Positions 21,063 through 30,892 of a stretch of 64,000 nt of DNA are shown here, piece by piece; positions within the stretch are counted from its first letter, which is position 1, and every line of letters begins with the position of its first letter. The stretch covers positions 3,776,001-3,840,000 of the forward strand of contig CBDFJF010000002.1 in NCBI GenBank assembly GCA_965248265.1, in the 5' to 3' direction. Origin of the DNA: Candidatus Latescibacterota bacterium (GTDB taxonomy: Bacteria > Latescibacterota > UBA2968 > UBA8231). The notes under the pieces are model-generated. The model was given only the letters and a program-made list of their open reading frames with translations, was not told the DNA's origin and made no database searches. The position numbers and the translations under genes were made by a program.

Positions 21063-22229
21063 ATGCCAGTCAGCGTAATCAACAACAACATTGCTTATCA
21101 ACGTGCCATGACGGATTTGTCGCGCGCCGATCGCCAGGGGGGCGTTCATCGCGAGCGCCTTTCCTCTGGAGCCCGCCTTAATAGTGGCCGTGACGGCGCC
21201 GGCCATCTTGCCGTGTCTGAAGGCATGCGCGGCGAAATCGGTGGTCTGACCGCCGGAGCGCGCAATGCCGAAAAGGCCATAGACCAGATCCGCACTGCCG
21301 AGGGTGCGGTAGGTGAGGTAAACAGCATCCTGATCCGGATGCGCGAACTGGCGACACAGGCTTCGAGTGGAACCCTCAACGACAGCAACCGGGAGGCCCT
21401 CGACTCCGAATTCAACCAGTTGAAGGAGTATATCGATCGGATCGCCAAACTCGCATCCTACAACAACCAGAGCCTGCTCTCCGGTTTCGGGAACGAGATA
21501 GACGAGCAGCTCTCGACGCTCGTTGCCGATAGCGCCGATGCGGGGATCCGTCGAATCGTCCTCTCCGGAGCCTCGGTTGGCAGCTACACCTTCTCTGATC
21601 AGCAGGGCGACAACACGATCACCCTCGGCGATGGTACCACAACGCAAACCGTCGACCTGGGCACACGTCTGCAGGATGGCTCAGTGTCGGAGGGAACGAC
21701 GGTGGTGGCCGACTTCGACCGTTTGGGTGTGAAAGTAATACTGGCTGGAAACGACGTGGAGGGCGCCGACGGTGTGTACGATGATGGCGACCTGGACGGC
21801 AAAACCCTGATCATCGAGTCCGGTACCGGGGGTACCTTTCAGTTGGGTAGCGACGGCAAGGGTGCAGATCGCCTCGAGTATGACATCGATGACCTGAGTG
21901 TAGACAGTCCGCTGTTGAACATCGGCAATCTCAGCGTAGCCACGCAGAGTGGATCGCGCTCGGCGCTGGGAAAGATCGACGCGGTCATCGATCGCGTCTC
22001 CGGCGTGCGTGGCACCTTGGGGGCGATCCAGAACAGGCTCGAGCACACCATCAATTTCACGGAGAGCGCCATCGAAGGAGTCGTCACCTCGGAGTCAACG
22101 ATTCGAGACGCCGATTTCGCTCTTGAATCGTCCCAGCTGGCGCGTTCGCAAATCCTGCGTGATTTCAGCGTCGCGGGAATGCTGCAGTCGGCAGTCTCCG
22201 TGGACATCGTGATGTCGCTGCTGTCTTAA
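21063..22229 (+). CDS. fliC: Flagellin, divergent termini (388 aa)
   Basis: ERLSSGARLNSGRD, RMRELATQAS, GAIQNRLEH and IRDADFALE motifs. Confidence 0.92.
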   Translation: MPVSVINNNIAYQRAMTDLSRADRQGGVHRERLSSGARLNSGRDGAGHLAVSEGMRGEIGGLTAGARNAEKAIDQIRTAEGAVGEVNSILIRMRELATQASSGTLNDSNREALDSEFNQLKEYIDRIAKLASYNNQSLLSGFGNEIDEQLSTLVADSADAGIRRIVLSGASVGSYTFSDQQGDNTITLGDGTTTQTVDLGTRLQDGSVSEGTTVVADFDRLGVKVILAGNDVEGADGVYDDGDLDGKTLIIESGTGGTFQLGSDGKGADRLEYDIDDLSVDSPLLNIGNLSVATQSGSRSALGKIDAVIDRVSGVRGTLGAIQNRLEHTINFTESAIEGVVTSESTIRDADFALESSQLARSQILRDFSVAGMLQSAVSVDIVMSLLS

Positions 22230-22288
22230 GGGGTCAACCACTGGGGATGGGGCGAGAATGTTTCCGTCGGTGTAAGTAAGATTGCCAA

Positions 22289-24073
22289 TCAGAGAACTCG
22301 GTAGATGCTGATCCTTCCACCGCGTGAAGGACCTGCAGTCTCGCCTGCATGCTGTTGCGAGGCGTTAACCGGGAACTGGGCCATCAGCTTCAAGCCACCA
22401 TCCGGCGCCAGCAAGCTCTCGAAATAGGAACGGTTGGCGACGTAACGGTAGTGAGCAGCTGTATTCGCTGCTGGCTCTGCAACACCCATGTAGCGCTCGT
22501 AAACAGCTTCAGGTAGCACGACCCATTGAACTCCGGCTTCCTTCAGCTTGCTGATGCTGCGCCAGCCACGGCTGAATACCCGACGAGTCTCAGGGTCGTT
22601 GAGGTCGACATATTCGCGGTAAGATTGAGGCACGACTGGCTGCTTCAGCCAGGCTTCCAGATTCACGAAGCGGTAGGCCGGACGTGACTGCCATTGCCCC
22701 TCCAGAGCACGGCGCATCTCTCGATGATCCCCTACATAGCGCTCAATGCTTTTGCGGGACGAAATCATGTCCAGGCGTGGACAATAGGGCAACCAGGTCA
22801 TGGCAACCTTGGAGCCGGCGGGCACATTGGCTTCAATCCACTGTCCTGCAAGAGACCGTGTATCAGGTAATGTCAGCAGTTTGGCTGCCTCGATCACCCG
22901 TACCCCGTTAATCATCAGGACACTCACCACGACGATGATCGGTACCGCTCGCACGAACGGGCCACGTTCCTTCCTGCCCTCGACGGCTTCCACAGAACGG
23001 CCATAATCCTCCCCTAACTCCAGCACCAGGCGAGACGCTAACAGTGCCAGTGCTGGATGGAATTGAAGGAGATAGTGAAGACTCTCCCGCGTCCAGGTTC
23101 CGATGTAGAGAAAGCTCGGCAACCACCCCGCAATTACTATCCAGTCAATCGGCCGCCGCCTGACGGCCGCCAGCACCAGCCCCCCCAACATCAGTACCCC
23201 CAGTGCGTACTCTTCGGAGATGTAGGCAGTCGGAATCCAGAGCCAGGGATCCGTCTTTGACATCGAAAAAGCCAGGCTTGAGGTCTGGTAGCTGACCAGC
23301 AATAGGTACTGCTTCCAGGCCAGGATCAAGTAAGGAGTACCGGCGATGAGGGCGACCACCGACAACATCGTGGCCATCCACAGTTTGCCGTCGAGGAGCG
23401 CTCTGGCCACTCCCCGTATTCGGTTTGCGCGAGCGATTCTCAACAGGTGTGCGGCTACCAGGCCGAAGCTGACAAAGGCGCCATTGTATTTCGTCGATAT
23501 CATCAAACCGGCACAGATTCCGGCGAGCGCGTAGTGACCCCATGACCCAGAGCGGTAGAGCTTCCACGAATAGTAGATGCACAACGTGGCAAAAAGGGCC
23601 ATCACTGAGTCCGGAAGTCCCCTATGCGCCTGTTGGATCGCGGTTGACGATACCGCGAAAAAAGCGGCGGCGACGATGCCACAGCGGCGACCGAAGCTCT
23701 CGGAGCCAAGACGATAGACGACAACGGCCGTCAGGGTACTCGCCACCGCACTCAACAACCGCCCCAGCAGGACAGCCCAGCCCGGGTCAACGAAAGACAG
23801 CAGGATCAGTGCGTCAGTGGTATCATCGAGTTTCCCCGCCCCGAAAAACGACGACAACCAGACGATGGCGGCTACCAAATAGGAATACAGGTCGGGGTAG
23901 GTGAACTCCGTCGGACGGAGGGTACCGGAACGAAAGAAGTTCCAGATGCTTGCCGCCACCCCCACCTCATCCACGTGGCCGTACAGATCAGGGTACCCTT
24001 GTTGCAGGCCCCACACACGGACCACCAGGGCGACGGCCAGGATGCTTGCCAGGACGATGTAGACCATCCGCAT
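22289..24073 (-). CDS. GT-C fold membrane glycosyltransferase (ArnT/PMT-like)
   Basis: HVDE motif after TM1, STKYNG, many TM helices and a soluble C-terminal domain. Start is 24073 or GTG 24082. Confidence 0.8.
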   Translation of the reverse strand: MRMVYIVLASILAVALVVRVWGLQQGYPDLYGHVDEVGVAASIWNFFRSGTLRPTEFTYPDLYSYLVAAIVWLSSFFGAGKLDDTTDALILLSFVDPGWAVLLGRLLSAVASTLTAVVVYRLGSESFGRRCGIVAAAFFAVSSTAIQQAHRGLPDSVMALFATLCIYYSWKLYRSGSWGHYALAGICAGLMISTKYNGAFVSFGLVAAHLLRIARANRIRGVARALLDGKLWMATMLSVVALIAGTPYLILAWKQYLLLVSYQTSSLAFSMSKTDPWLWIPTAYISEEYALGVLMLGGLVLAAVRRRPIDWIVIAGWLPSFLYIGTWTRESLHYLLQFHPALALLASRLVLELGEDYGRSVEAVEGRKERGPFVRAVPIIVVVSVLMINGVRVIEAAKLLTLPDTRSLAGQWIEANVPAGSKVAMTWLPYCPRLDMISSRKSIERYVGDHREMRRALEGQWQSRPAYRFVNLEAWLKQPVVPQSYREYVDLNDPETRRVFSRGWRSISKLKEAGVQWVVLPEAVYERYMGVAEPAANTAAHYRYVANRSYFESLLAPDGGLKLMAQFPVNASQQHAGETAGPSRGGRISIYRVL

Positions 24074-24078
24074 ACTGC

Positions 24079-24789
24079 TCACCTTACCCTTGTCGAACAG
24101 GCATGACGGAATATCGTCCACAGGATCTTGTGACCGGCGCGCACCGTTCCGATCAAGGTTCCACTGATTTTGGACTTGCCGATGCGCTTGCGATAGCACA
24201 CCGGCACCTCGGCGATGCGCAGCCCCTGCCGGGCGGCCTTCACCTGCATCTCGACAGTCCACCCGAAGTCGGTATCGGCCATCTGAAGCTGCAGCAGGCT
24301 GGCGTAGCGGATTGCCCGGAAGGGCCCCAAATCGGTGTAGCGCACACCGTATAACAGTTGTATCAAGGTGGTCGCAAGGGCATTGCCGGCGCGAGCCTGT
24401 GGCAACAAGGCACCGGATTCTCGCTCACCCAGCACACGGGAACCGATCACGAGATCGGCCGTTTGCTGCCTGATTGGCGCGATCAGCGTCGCTGCCTCTT
24501 CCGGATAGTCGCTGTAGTCACCATCCAGGAAAAGGACGACGTCAGGATCATCCAATGCTGCCAACCCGGCGAGGCATGCCTGGCCATATCCGCGGCGAGG
24601 CTCCAGCACAACACGGGCTCCCATCTGGGCTGCTCTGGAAGGCGTGCGGTCAGTGGATCCGTTGTCGACGACGACGATATCATAAACGACACCGTCCTTC
24701 TCTTGCCCGGGTTTGGGCAAGTCTCCCAGGACACGGACGATCGCATCCTCTTCGTCGAGTGCTGGGATGATGACGGAAACGGACAGCAC
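24079..24789 (-). CDS. GT2 glycosyltransferase (polyprenol-phosphate glycosyltransferase-like)
   Basis: VIIPALDEE, VVDNGSTD, FLDGDYSD, DLVIGSR and TDLGPFRAI motifs. Confidence 0.9.
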   Translation of the reverse strand: MLSVSVIIPALDEEDAIVRVLGDLPKPGQEKDGVVYDIVVVDNGSTDRTPSRAAQMGARVVLEPRRGYGQACLAGLAALDDPDVVLFLDGDYSDYPEEAATLIAPIRQQTADLVIGSRVLGERESGALLPQARAGNALATTLIQLLYGVRYTDLGPFRAIRYASLLQLQMADTDFGWTVEMQVKAARQGLRIAEVPVCYRKRIGKSKISGTLIGTVRAGHKILWTIFRHACSTRVR

Positions 24790-24898
24790 CGGGTATGTAC
24801 GGAGGTCAGCTCGTGAAAACCACGGGCCCTAAGAGAGCGTCAACGAAAATGTAGCATCCGGCAACCAGCCAGAAGCCCGTACCCTGCGAAGAAAAATA

Positions 24899-25744
24899 CT
24901 AGAGGTGGTCTTGCAACCACGACAACACAGCCTCAAAAACAACCGGATCCTGCAGGAGTAGTGACCCGTGAAGATCGTTGGGCCGGCTGTCGAATTGCTT
25001 GGGTTCCTGGGTGTTTTCATGCAGAGAGGCGGCGATGTCGCTCGCCGAGGAAACTTGCGTCTGGTTGATTTGAATAAAATCACTCTGGCTGGCGATGAAG
25101 AGCATGGAATGCGGCTCGAATGAGGTCATCCCTGTACCGATCCCGAGGGGCTCACCGGTGCCCACATTGTAGACGCCTGGTGACAGAGCAATGCCAACCT
25201 GGAGTTCATCGGGCCAAGCCCCCATACTCACGTAGGCAGCATTGGCACCCATGCCGGAACCCATGATGCCGATGCGTGCTCGATCGGCCGAAGGTTGCGT
25301 TGCCAGCCAGTTCAACGCCGCCCTTACCTCGAGATGGAGATTATCGATATCAACGGTGCTCAAGTCCTGACTGGGCCGTCCGTCGTCTGGAAACGGAGTC
25401 AAACCATGACCGCGCAAATCAATAATGAGAACCTGATATCCCTCTTCCAACAAACGTCCCATCATCTCCAGGCCAAGCCCCGACACTTCCCACTCGCGTC
25501 CATTGAGAAATATGTCGTGGAGCAGGATGACGACTGGGCTGGCTCCGGGAGTCGTGTTCTGTCCGAAGCGCGCGCTGACAGGCACGCCGTCGGTGGTCGT
25601 GAAGAAGACGGTCTGGACAGAGAACACCCTTCCCGGACCGGTTGGAAAATCCGGAGCCAGGAAATTGGCGTCGTCGTTGTCACTGCAGCTGGCGAGGAGG
25701 ATAGACAGGACTAACAGCGCGGATGTTCGAATATACCTGAGCAT
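24899..25744 (-). CDS. Alpha/beta-hydrolase-fold lipoprotein
   Basis: Lipobox LASC, VILLH and IDLRGHG motifs; nucleophile elbow reads GSGMG. Confidence 0.8.
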   Translation of the reverse strand: MLRYIRTSALLVLSILLASCSDNDDANFLAPDFPTGPGRVFSVQTVFFTTTDGVPVSARFGQNTTPGASPVVILLHDIFLNGREWEVSGLGLEMMGRLLEEGYQVLIIDLRGHGLTPFPDDGRPSQDLSTVDIDNLHLEVRAALNWLATQPSADRARIGIMGSGMGANAAYVSMGAWPDELQVGIALSPGVYNVGTGEPLGIGTGMTSFEPHSMLFIASQSDFIQINQTQVSSASDIAASLHENTQEPKQFDSRPNDLHGSLLLQDPVVFEAVLSWLQDHL

Positions 25745-25923
25745 GGGTGTTGTTAGGGGTTGTTTTTGTTGTTTTTGGGGTGTCGCCGCACTCAGAGGAA
25801 GCTAATCAGAAATACATAACATGGCAATATAGAGCCATCGAGTTCCCTTGACGGCGGACAGGGTGGCGTTACCGTAACAACACCCGCTCCGAATAGCCGT
25901 TTTCAGTCGACCGACGATCGCCG

Positions 25924-27666
25924 ATGATTCAAGTCGAAAACCTGGTCTTCAACTATCCCGGTGATGTGCCTGCCGTACGCGATCTCTCCGTGTCCGTATG
26001 TGAAAGTGAGCGCGTCGCCCTCATCGGGCCCAACGGCTCGGGAAAGAGCACCTTCGCACGTTGCCTGAATGGGTTGCTGCAACCAGCCGCTGGACATGTC
26101 GAGATCGACGGCCACTCCACCACGGATGCTGCATCCATTTTTGACATCCGACGCCGGTTGAGTCTTGTATTTCAGAACCCGGACGACCAGCTCGTTTCCA
26201 CAACAGTGGAATCCGAAATCGCTTTCGGTCTGGAAAACCTGGGCACTGCGCACTCCCTGATGGTCGAAGCGGTCGAGAACACGATCACGAGTTTCAGCCT
26301 GGAGCGATACAGACATCATCCGCCCCACCTTCTGTCTGGGGGAGAGAAACAGCGCCTGGCCATCGCGGCCTGTGTCGCTCTGCAACCCCAGTACCTCGTT
26401 CTGGATGAACCCACCGCTCTCCTTGATCCGGCCGGGCGCCAGGAGGTGATGGGACTGTTACAGCGCCTGCACGATCAAGGCGTCACGCTGATCCATATCA
26501 CACAGGACCCGGCAGAGGCGGCCAGGGCAGACCGCATAATCGTCATGAACAACGGGGATGTTTTCATGGATGCATCGCCGGCGGATGTGTTTGCGAACTC
26601 GGAGCAACTACGGCAGATCGGGCTGGGAGCCCCCTACGCCGCCACGCTGACAGCCAGCCTTCAGGACCGAGGCGTACCCGTGGAATCAGGGCACCTCGAA
26701 ACAGAGGAGCTTGAACCCACACTCGCCAACCTGTGCCATCAGGGCCAGGACGATGTACCTCAATTTGGCGATGCTATTGCCCCGGAGCGCGCGCAACCCG
26801 AGCCACCGCCGAAGCTGTCTGTTCGAGACGTGTCGTTCACCTATGAGATAGCTCCCGGCAAGAGCCTGCGGGCATTGGCCGGGATCAACCTCGACATTCC
26901 TCCAGCAAGTGCTGTCGCCATCATCGGGCCAAGCGGTTCAGGAAAGACGACTCTCGCTCAGCACTTGAACGGACTGCTGCGACCTGACAGTGGTCAGATT
27001 TGTCTCGATGGCAATGATATCTGGTTGGAGGCCCATCAGTCGAACGTGCGCTCCAGGGTGGGCCTGGTCTTCCAGTTCCCCGAATCGCAGCTATTTGCGG
27101 AGACCCTGGCGGAGGATGTTGCCTTCGGTCCGAGGAACGGCGACTTCGAGGAGACTGAAATCGACCTGCGCGTACGACAGGCGTTGGATGTGGTGGGATT
27201 GCCCGTCGACGTGTACGGTGCACGGTCTCCTCTCTCACTCAGTGCCGGCGAACGACGTCGAGCGGCGATCGCGGGTGTGCTGGCGATGCAGCCACAGGTT
27301 CTGGTGCTGGATGAACCGACGGCTGGACTCGATCCGCAGGCAGCGCACTCCACCATGGATATACTGAACCACTTGCTCGCGAGCGGAAGAACCCTTGTAC
27401 TGATTTCACACGACATGGATCTGGTGGCAACCCTTGCCTCTCATGTCGTCGTCATGCGAAGCGGCAGCATTGCATTGTCCGGGTCGGCGCGGGACGTGTT
27501 GGCTGATCCTGATTTCGAAAAGCTCAGTGGCCTCGAGGCGCCGCCCAGCGTAGCGCTGATGCGGGGACTGCGACAGAGGGGATGCCAGGTCCCGACCGAT
27601 CTCATACGCGGTGAGGAAGTCGTGGCATATTTCACGGCGCTATGCGGCGAGCAGGGGAAAAACTGA
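25924..27666 (+). CDS. ECF transporter ATPase, fused A1-A2 domains
   Basis: Two Walker A motifs (GPNGSGKST, GPSGSGKTT), LVFQNPDDQ / LVFQFPESQLF, and LSGGEKQR / LSAGERRR signatures. Confidence 0.92.
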   Translation: MIQVENLVFNYPGDVPAVRDLSVSVCESERVALIGPNGSGKSTFARCLNGLLQPAAGHVEIDGHSTTDAASIFDIRRRLSLVFQNPDDQLVSTTVESEIAFGLENLGTAHSLMVEAVENTITSFSLERYRHHPPHLLSGGEKQRLAIAACVALQPQYLVLDEPTALLDPAGRQEVMGLLQRLHDQGVTLIHITQDPAEAARADRIIVMNNGDVFMDASPADVFANSEQLRQIGLGAPYAATLTASLQDRGVPVESGHLETEELEPTLANLCHQGQDDVPQFGDAIAPERAQPEPPPKLSVRDVSFTYEIAPGKSLRALAGINLDIPPASAVAIIGPSGSGKTTLAQHLNGLLRPDSGQICLDGNDIWLEAHQSNVRSRVGLVFQFPESQLFAETLAEDVAFGPRNGDFEETEIDLRVRQALDVVGLPVDVYGARSPLSLSAGERRRAAIAGVLAMQPQVLVLDEPTAGLDPQAAHSTMDILNHLLASGRTLVLISHDMDLVATLASHVVVMRSGSIALSGSARDVLADPDFEKLSGLEAPPSVALMRGLRQRGCQVPTDLIRGEEVVAYFTALCGEQGKN

Positions 27667-28989
27667 ATGCCTGAAGGAAGCTTGTTCATCAAGGGCGGCC
27701 GCGTCGTCGACCCGGCCAATCACTATGACGAAACCGGCAGCATCTTGATCGAAAACGGCAACGTGCGGGCTGTTGGCCGACAAGTCGAGCCCGATCCTGG
27801 TATGCCCATCCTCGATGCGTCGGGTCTGGTCGTAACTCCCGGCTTCATAGACTCGCACGTCCATCTGCGTGAACCGGGGTTTGAGCACAAGGAAACCATC
27901 GTCACTGGGACGCGATCCGCGGCCGCTGGAGGATTCACCGCCGTAGTCGCCATGCCGAACACGGAACCACCACCCGACACTGGCCAGCGCATCGCCGATT
28001 TTCTGGAACGGGCGTCGCAACAGGCACTGGTAAGGGTGTACGCGATTGGCTGCATCTCCACGGGACGAAAGGGCCGTGTGCTCGCCCCCCTGAAAGAGAT
28101 GGCCGAGGCGGGTGCCGTCGCGTTCTCCGATGATGGCGACCCGATCGAGGATGCGGAATTGATGCAGCACGCTCTACAGTCGGCGGCTCAGCTGCAGCGC
28201 CCCCTCTTCCCGCACGAGGAAGTTCGAGCGATTACCCGTGGAGGGTGCATGCATGAAGGTGAGAGTTCCAGGAGACTGGCGGTGCCTGGCATGCCGGCAG
28301 CTGGCGAAGAGGAGATGATTGCCCGGGATATCGAACTCGTGCGTCAGACCTGGGCTCCTCTTCATCTGGCCCACATCAGCACGGCCGGGACCGTCCAACT
28401 GGTGCAGCAGGCCAAGGCCGAAGGCCTGCCTGTTACCAGCGAGGTGCTGCCGCACCATTTCATTCTTACCGACCGCACGGTGGAGAGTCTTGGCGCTCAC
28501 GCCAAAATGAGTCCCCCCTTGCGTGGACGCGCCGACGTGGAAGCGATGTTGCGAGGCCTTGCAGACGGCACCATCGACACCATCGGCACCGACCATGCGC
28601 CGCATACGGCGGCGGAAAAGGCGCTGGATCTCGAGCAGGCCCCCTTCGGCATTGTCGGCCTGGAGACAGCCATCGGTCTGACCTTCACCTACCTCGTCAA
28701 GACCGGAGTGCTCGAACTATCGGACTCTGTCGCCAAGTGGACGAGCGAGCCTGCCCGCATCTTGGGTCTGGCTGGCGGCACCCTGAGCGTCGGCAGTCCG
28801 GGTGATGTCACCGTCATCGACCCCGATCTCGAATGGACGGTCGAGCCCGATCAGATGCAGTCGAAGTCATCGAACACGCCGTTCGGTGGCTATCAACTTA
28901 CCGGCCGGGCAGTAGCCACGGTGGTGGCTGGCCAGGTGGTCTACGAATACGCTCAGAACGGAGGGGCCTCGAAGGCCGCTTCGAGGTGA
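27667..28989 (+). CDS. pyrC: Dihydroorotase
   Basis: DSHVHLREPG, MPNTEP, KMSPPLR and TDHAPH motifs. Confidence 0.93.
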   Translation: MPEGSLFIKGGRVVDPANHYDETGSILIENGNVRAVGRQVEPDPGMPILDASGLVVTPGFIDSHVHLREPGFEHKETIVTGTRSAAAGGFTAVVAMPNTEPPPDTGQRIADFLERASQQALVRVYAIGCISTGRKGRVLAPLKEMAEAGAVAFSDDGDPIEDAELMQHALQSAAQLQRPLFPHEEVRAITRGGCMHEGESSRRLAVPGMPAAGEEEMIARDIELVRQTWAPLHLAHISTAGTVQLVQQAKAEGLPVTSEVLPHHFILTDRTVESLGAHAKMSPPLRGRADVEAMLRGLADGTIDTIGTDHAPHTAAEKALDLEQAPFGIVGLETAIGLTFTYLVKTGVLELSDSVAKWTSEPARILGLAGGTLSVGSPGDVTVIDPDLEWTVEPDQMQSKSSNTPFGGYQLTGRAVATVVAGQVVYEYAQNGGASKAASR

Positions 28990-30122
28990 TGGACTTGCGG
29001 GGCCGCCTCACCCTGCAAGCCCACCGCTATCACATCGAAGCGATATGCGCTCCCCCCCTTCATTTGCCGATCCCGCATGTAGATGCGGCTCGCTCTGACC
29101 AGGTGGCTTTTCTTACGCGCCGCTACCCTCTCCTCCGGGTTGTAGTCCAGAATCGAGGACTGCGAGGTCTTGACCTCGACGAAAGCGACACAGCCTTCCT
29201 TCTCAGCCACGAGATCGATTTCGCCGCCTGCAGCCCGGTAGTGCCACTCCAAAATTCGGTAACCCTTCGCCTTCAGGTAATCAGCCGCGACGGTCTCTCC
29301 CTTTGACCCCAACTCCAGATGCAACTGTCCATCGTGGTGTGCGGGGTGGGTTACCGGACTGAAGCTCTTGCGGTGCAACGGACAGGGACCATAAAAATCC
29401 AGGCCTTCCATGTGCTCGCGGCTGGCGTATCCCTTATTCGAGCGAAAACCGTACTCCGGATAGGTCTCGTGATGGTTAACCATCAATCGGTCGCGATGCA
29501 CTTTGGCGACGATGGATGCCGCGGCAATCGAAATGGAGCGGGCGTCCCCATCCACGATGGCCATCTCAGCATAGCTACTCCCAGGGGTGCGATTCCCATC
29601 CACCAGTACCTGCTGCGGAGACGGATCGATTTTCGCCAGCGCTTCGCGCATCGCCTCCATCGAGGCCTCCAGTATATTGATCTCATCGATACGCTCCGCC
29701 CCGACGCAGGACAACGCGATACCCAACGCCTGCTGCTCTATTTCGGCACACAAGGATTCACGTAGCTCCCTGTCGAGTTTTTTCGAATCGTCAATGCCGT
29801 CGATGGAAACCTGGGTGGGCAGGACCACGGCCGCAGCCACAACCGGACCAGCCAGGCAGCCCCGGCCGACCTCATCTACACCAGCCACTCGCGTCAACCC
29901 GGATTGCCACCAGCGCTGTTCGTGTTCCACCATACGACGCAGGCGCGCCCGTTCGGCCTGCTGCCGCCGGCGGACCTTGCGAGCCTGCACGGCCAGCCGG
30001 CGGACCCCGGAGCGGCGATCCGCCTCCAACAGACTGCACAGCTTGGGACCTACCTTGGAACGCTCGCTGAGGAGAGACTCAACCTCAGCGATCGTGAGCG
30101 TTTCGATCTGCTCTCTCGTCAT
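28953..30122 (-). CDS. rnhB: Ribonuclease HII fused to a YraN (UPF0102) domain
   Basis: GVDEVGRGCLAGPV, DSKKL and SIAAASIVAKV, then LGSKGETVAADYL...GEIDLVA...FVEVK...RFDVIAV. Confidence 0.92.
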   Translation of the reverse strand: MTREQIETLTIAEVESLLSERSKVGPKLCSLLEADRRSGVRRLAVQARKVRRRQQAERARLRRMVEHEQRWWQSGLTRVAGVDEVGRGCLAGPVVAAAVVLPTQVSIDGIDDSKKLDRELRESLCAEIEQQALGIALSCVGAERIDEINILEASMEAMREALAKIDPSPQQVLVDGNRTPGSSYAEMAIVDGDARSISIAAASIVAKVHRDRLMVNHHETYPEYGFRSNKGYASREHMEGLDFYGPCPLHRKSFSPVTHPAHHDGQLHLELGSKGETVAADYLKAKGYRILEWHYRAAGGEIDLVAEKEGCVAFVEVKTSQSSILDYNPEERVAARKKSHLVRASRIYMRDRQMKGGSAYRFDVIAVGLQGEAAPQVHHLEAAFEAPPF

Positions 30123-30268
30123 CCGTCGCGTTTCATGTGTGCGTGTGTGTGTATGGTTGGTTACAACAGTGAGAGCTCAGCCACCCAGACGCGACCCACG
30201 GACTTTGTTCTCGTCTGCCAGATTAGTATATTCGCTGCAAATGCAGAAGACCTCTGGAGATTCTTGAA

Positions 30269-30871
30269 ATGCAACGATTCATCGCCGTTATCATCACAAC
30301 CTTGGTGCTCATTCAACCCTTGGCCGCCGCTCAGGCGGTACCGCTCGACGCCGACACCAAGCTTTACCTGGCTGACGGTTCCGTCATTCACGGGCGCATG
30401 GTAGTGCGCAGTGACGACCTCATCATCATGCGCGTCAAGGATGAAATATTCACCTTCGACGATGCCCAGATAGATCGGGTCATCCCGCTGGAATCTCTTG
30501 GCGAAGCGGCAGAATTCGTGACTGTGAGGGAGTTTCCTTACATCAGTTTTCTCGGCGGCACTGCCGCCTTCGGATTGCTTGCCTGGATCCAATTCAACAA
30601 TGCCTCGGACCGGGACTCGGAGGCACAGCGCAACGAACAGCAGGTATTCTCCGGCAATGAGCAGTCCGGACTGCTGTTGGCGCGGGCAGCCGAGTTGCGG
30701 GACGACGCCGATCGAGCACGCCTGTATGGCTGGGGCTCTACCCTGGTCGCACTGGGATCGATGGGTGTGGCCCTGTACCCGAGCTATTCGGAACGACCCA
30801 TCTTTCCGGGGCTGAGCCTGGACAGCCAGGGCGGTCCAGCGATCACGTTCGCCTACCGACATTCCTTCTGA
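30269..30871 (+). CDS. Hypothetical exported/membrane protein
   Basis: Signal peptide, small beta-rich domain, two hydrophobic segments and a C-terminal Phe. Confidence 0.7.
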   Translation: MQRFIAVIITTLVLIQPLAAAQAVPLDADTKLYLADGSVIHGRMVVRSDDLIIMRVKDEIFTFDDAQIDRVIPLESLGEAAEFVTVREFPYISFLGGTAAFGLLAWIQFNNASDRDSEAQRNEQQVFSGNEQSGLLLARAAELRDDADRARLYGWGSTLVALGSMGVALYPSYSERPIFPGLSLDSQGGPAITFAYRHSF

Positions 30872-30892
30872 CCAAGAGGTTCATCCACCACC

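Noticed and set aside
30136-30152. GT-dinucleotide tracts (also at 9217-9231) as phase-variable repeats
   Set aside because: The tracts are short, interrupted and intergenic, with no clear target.
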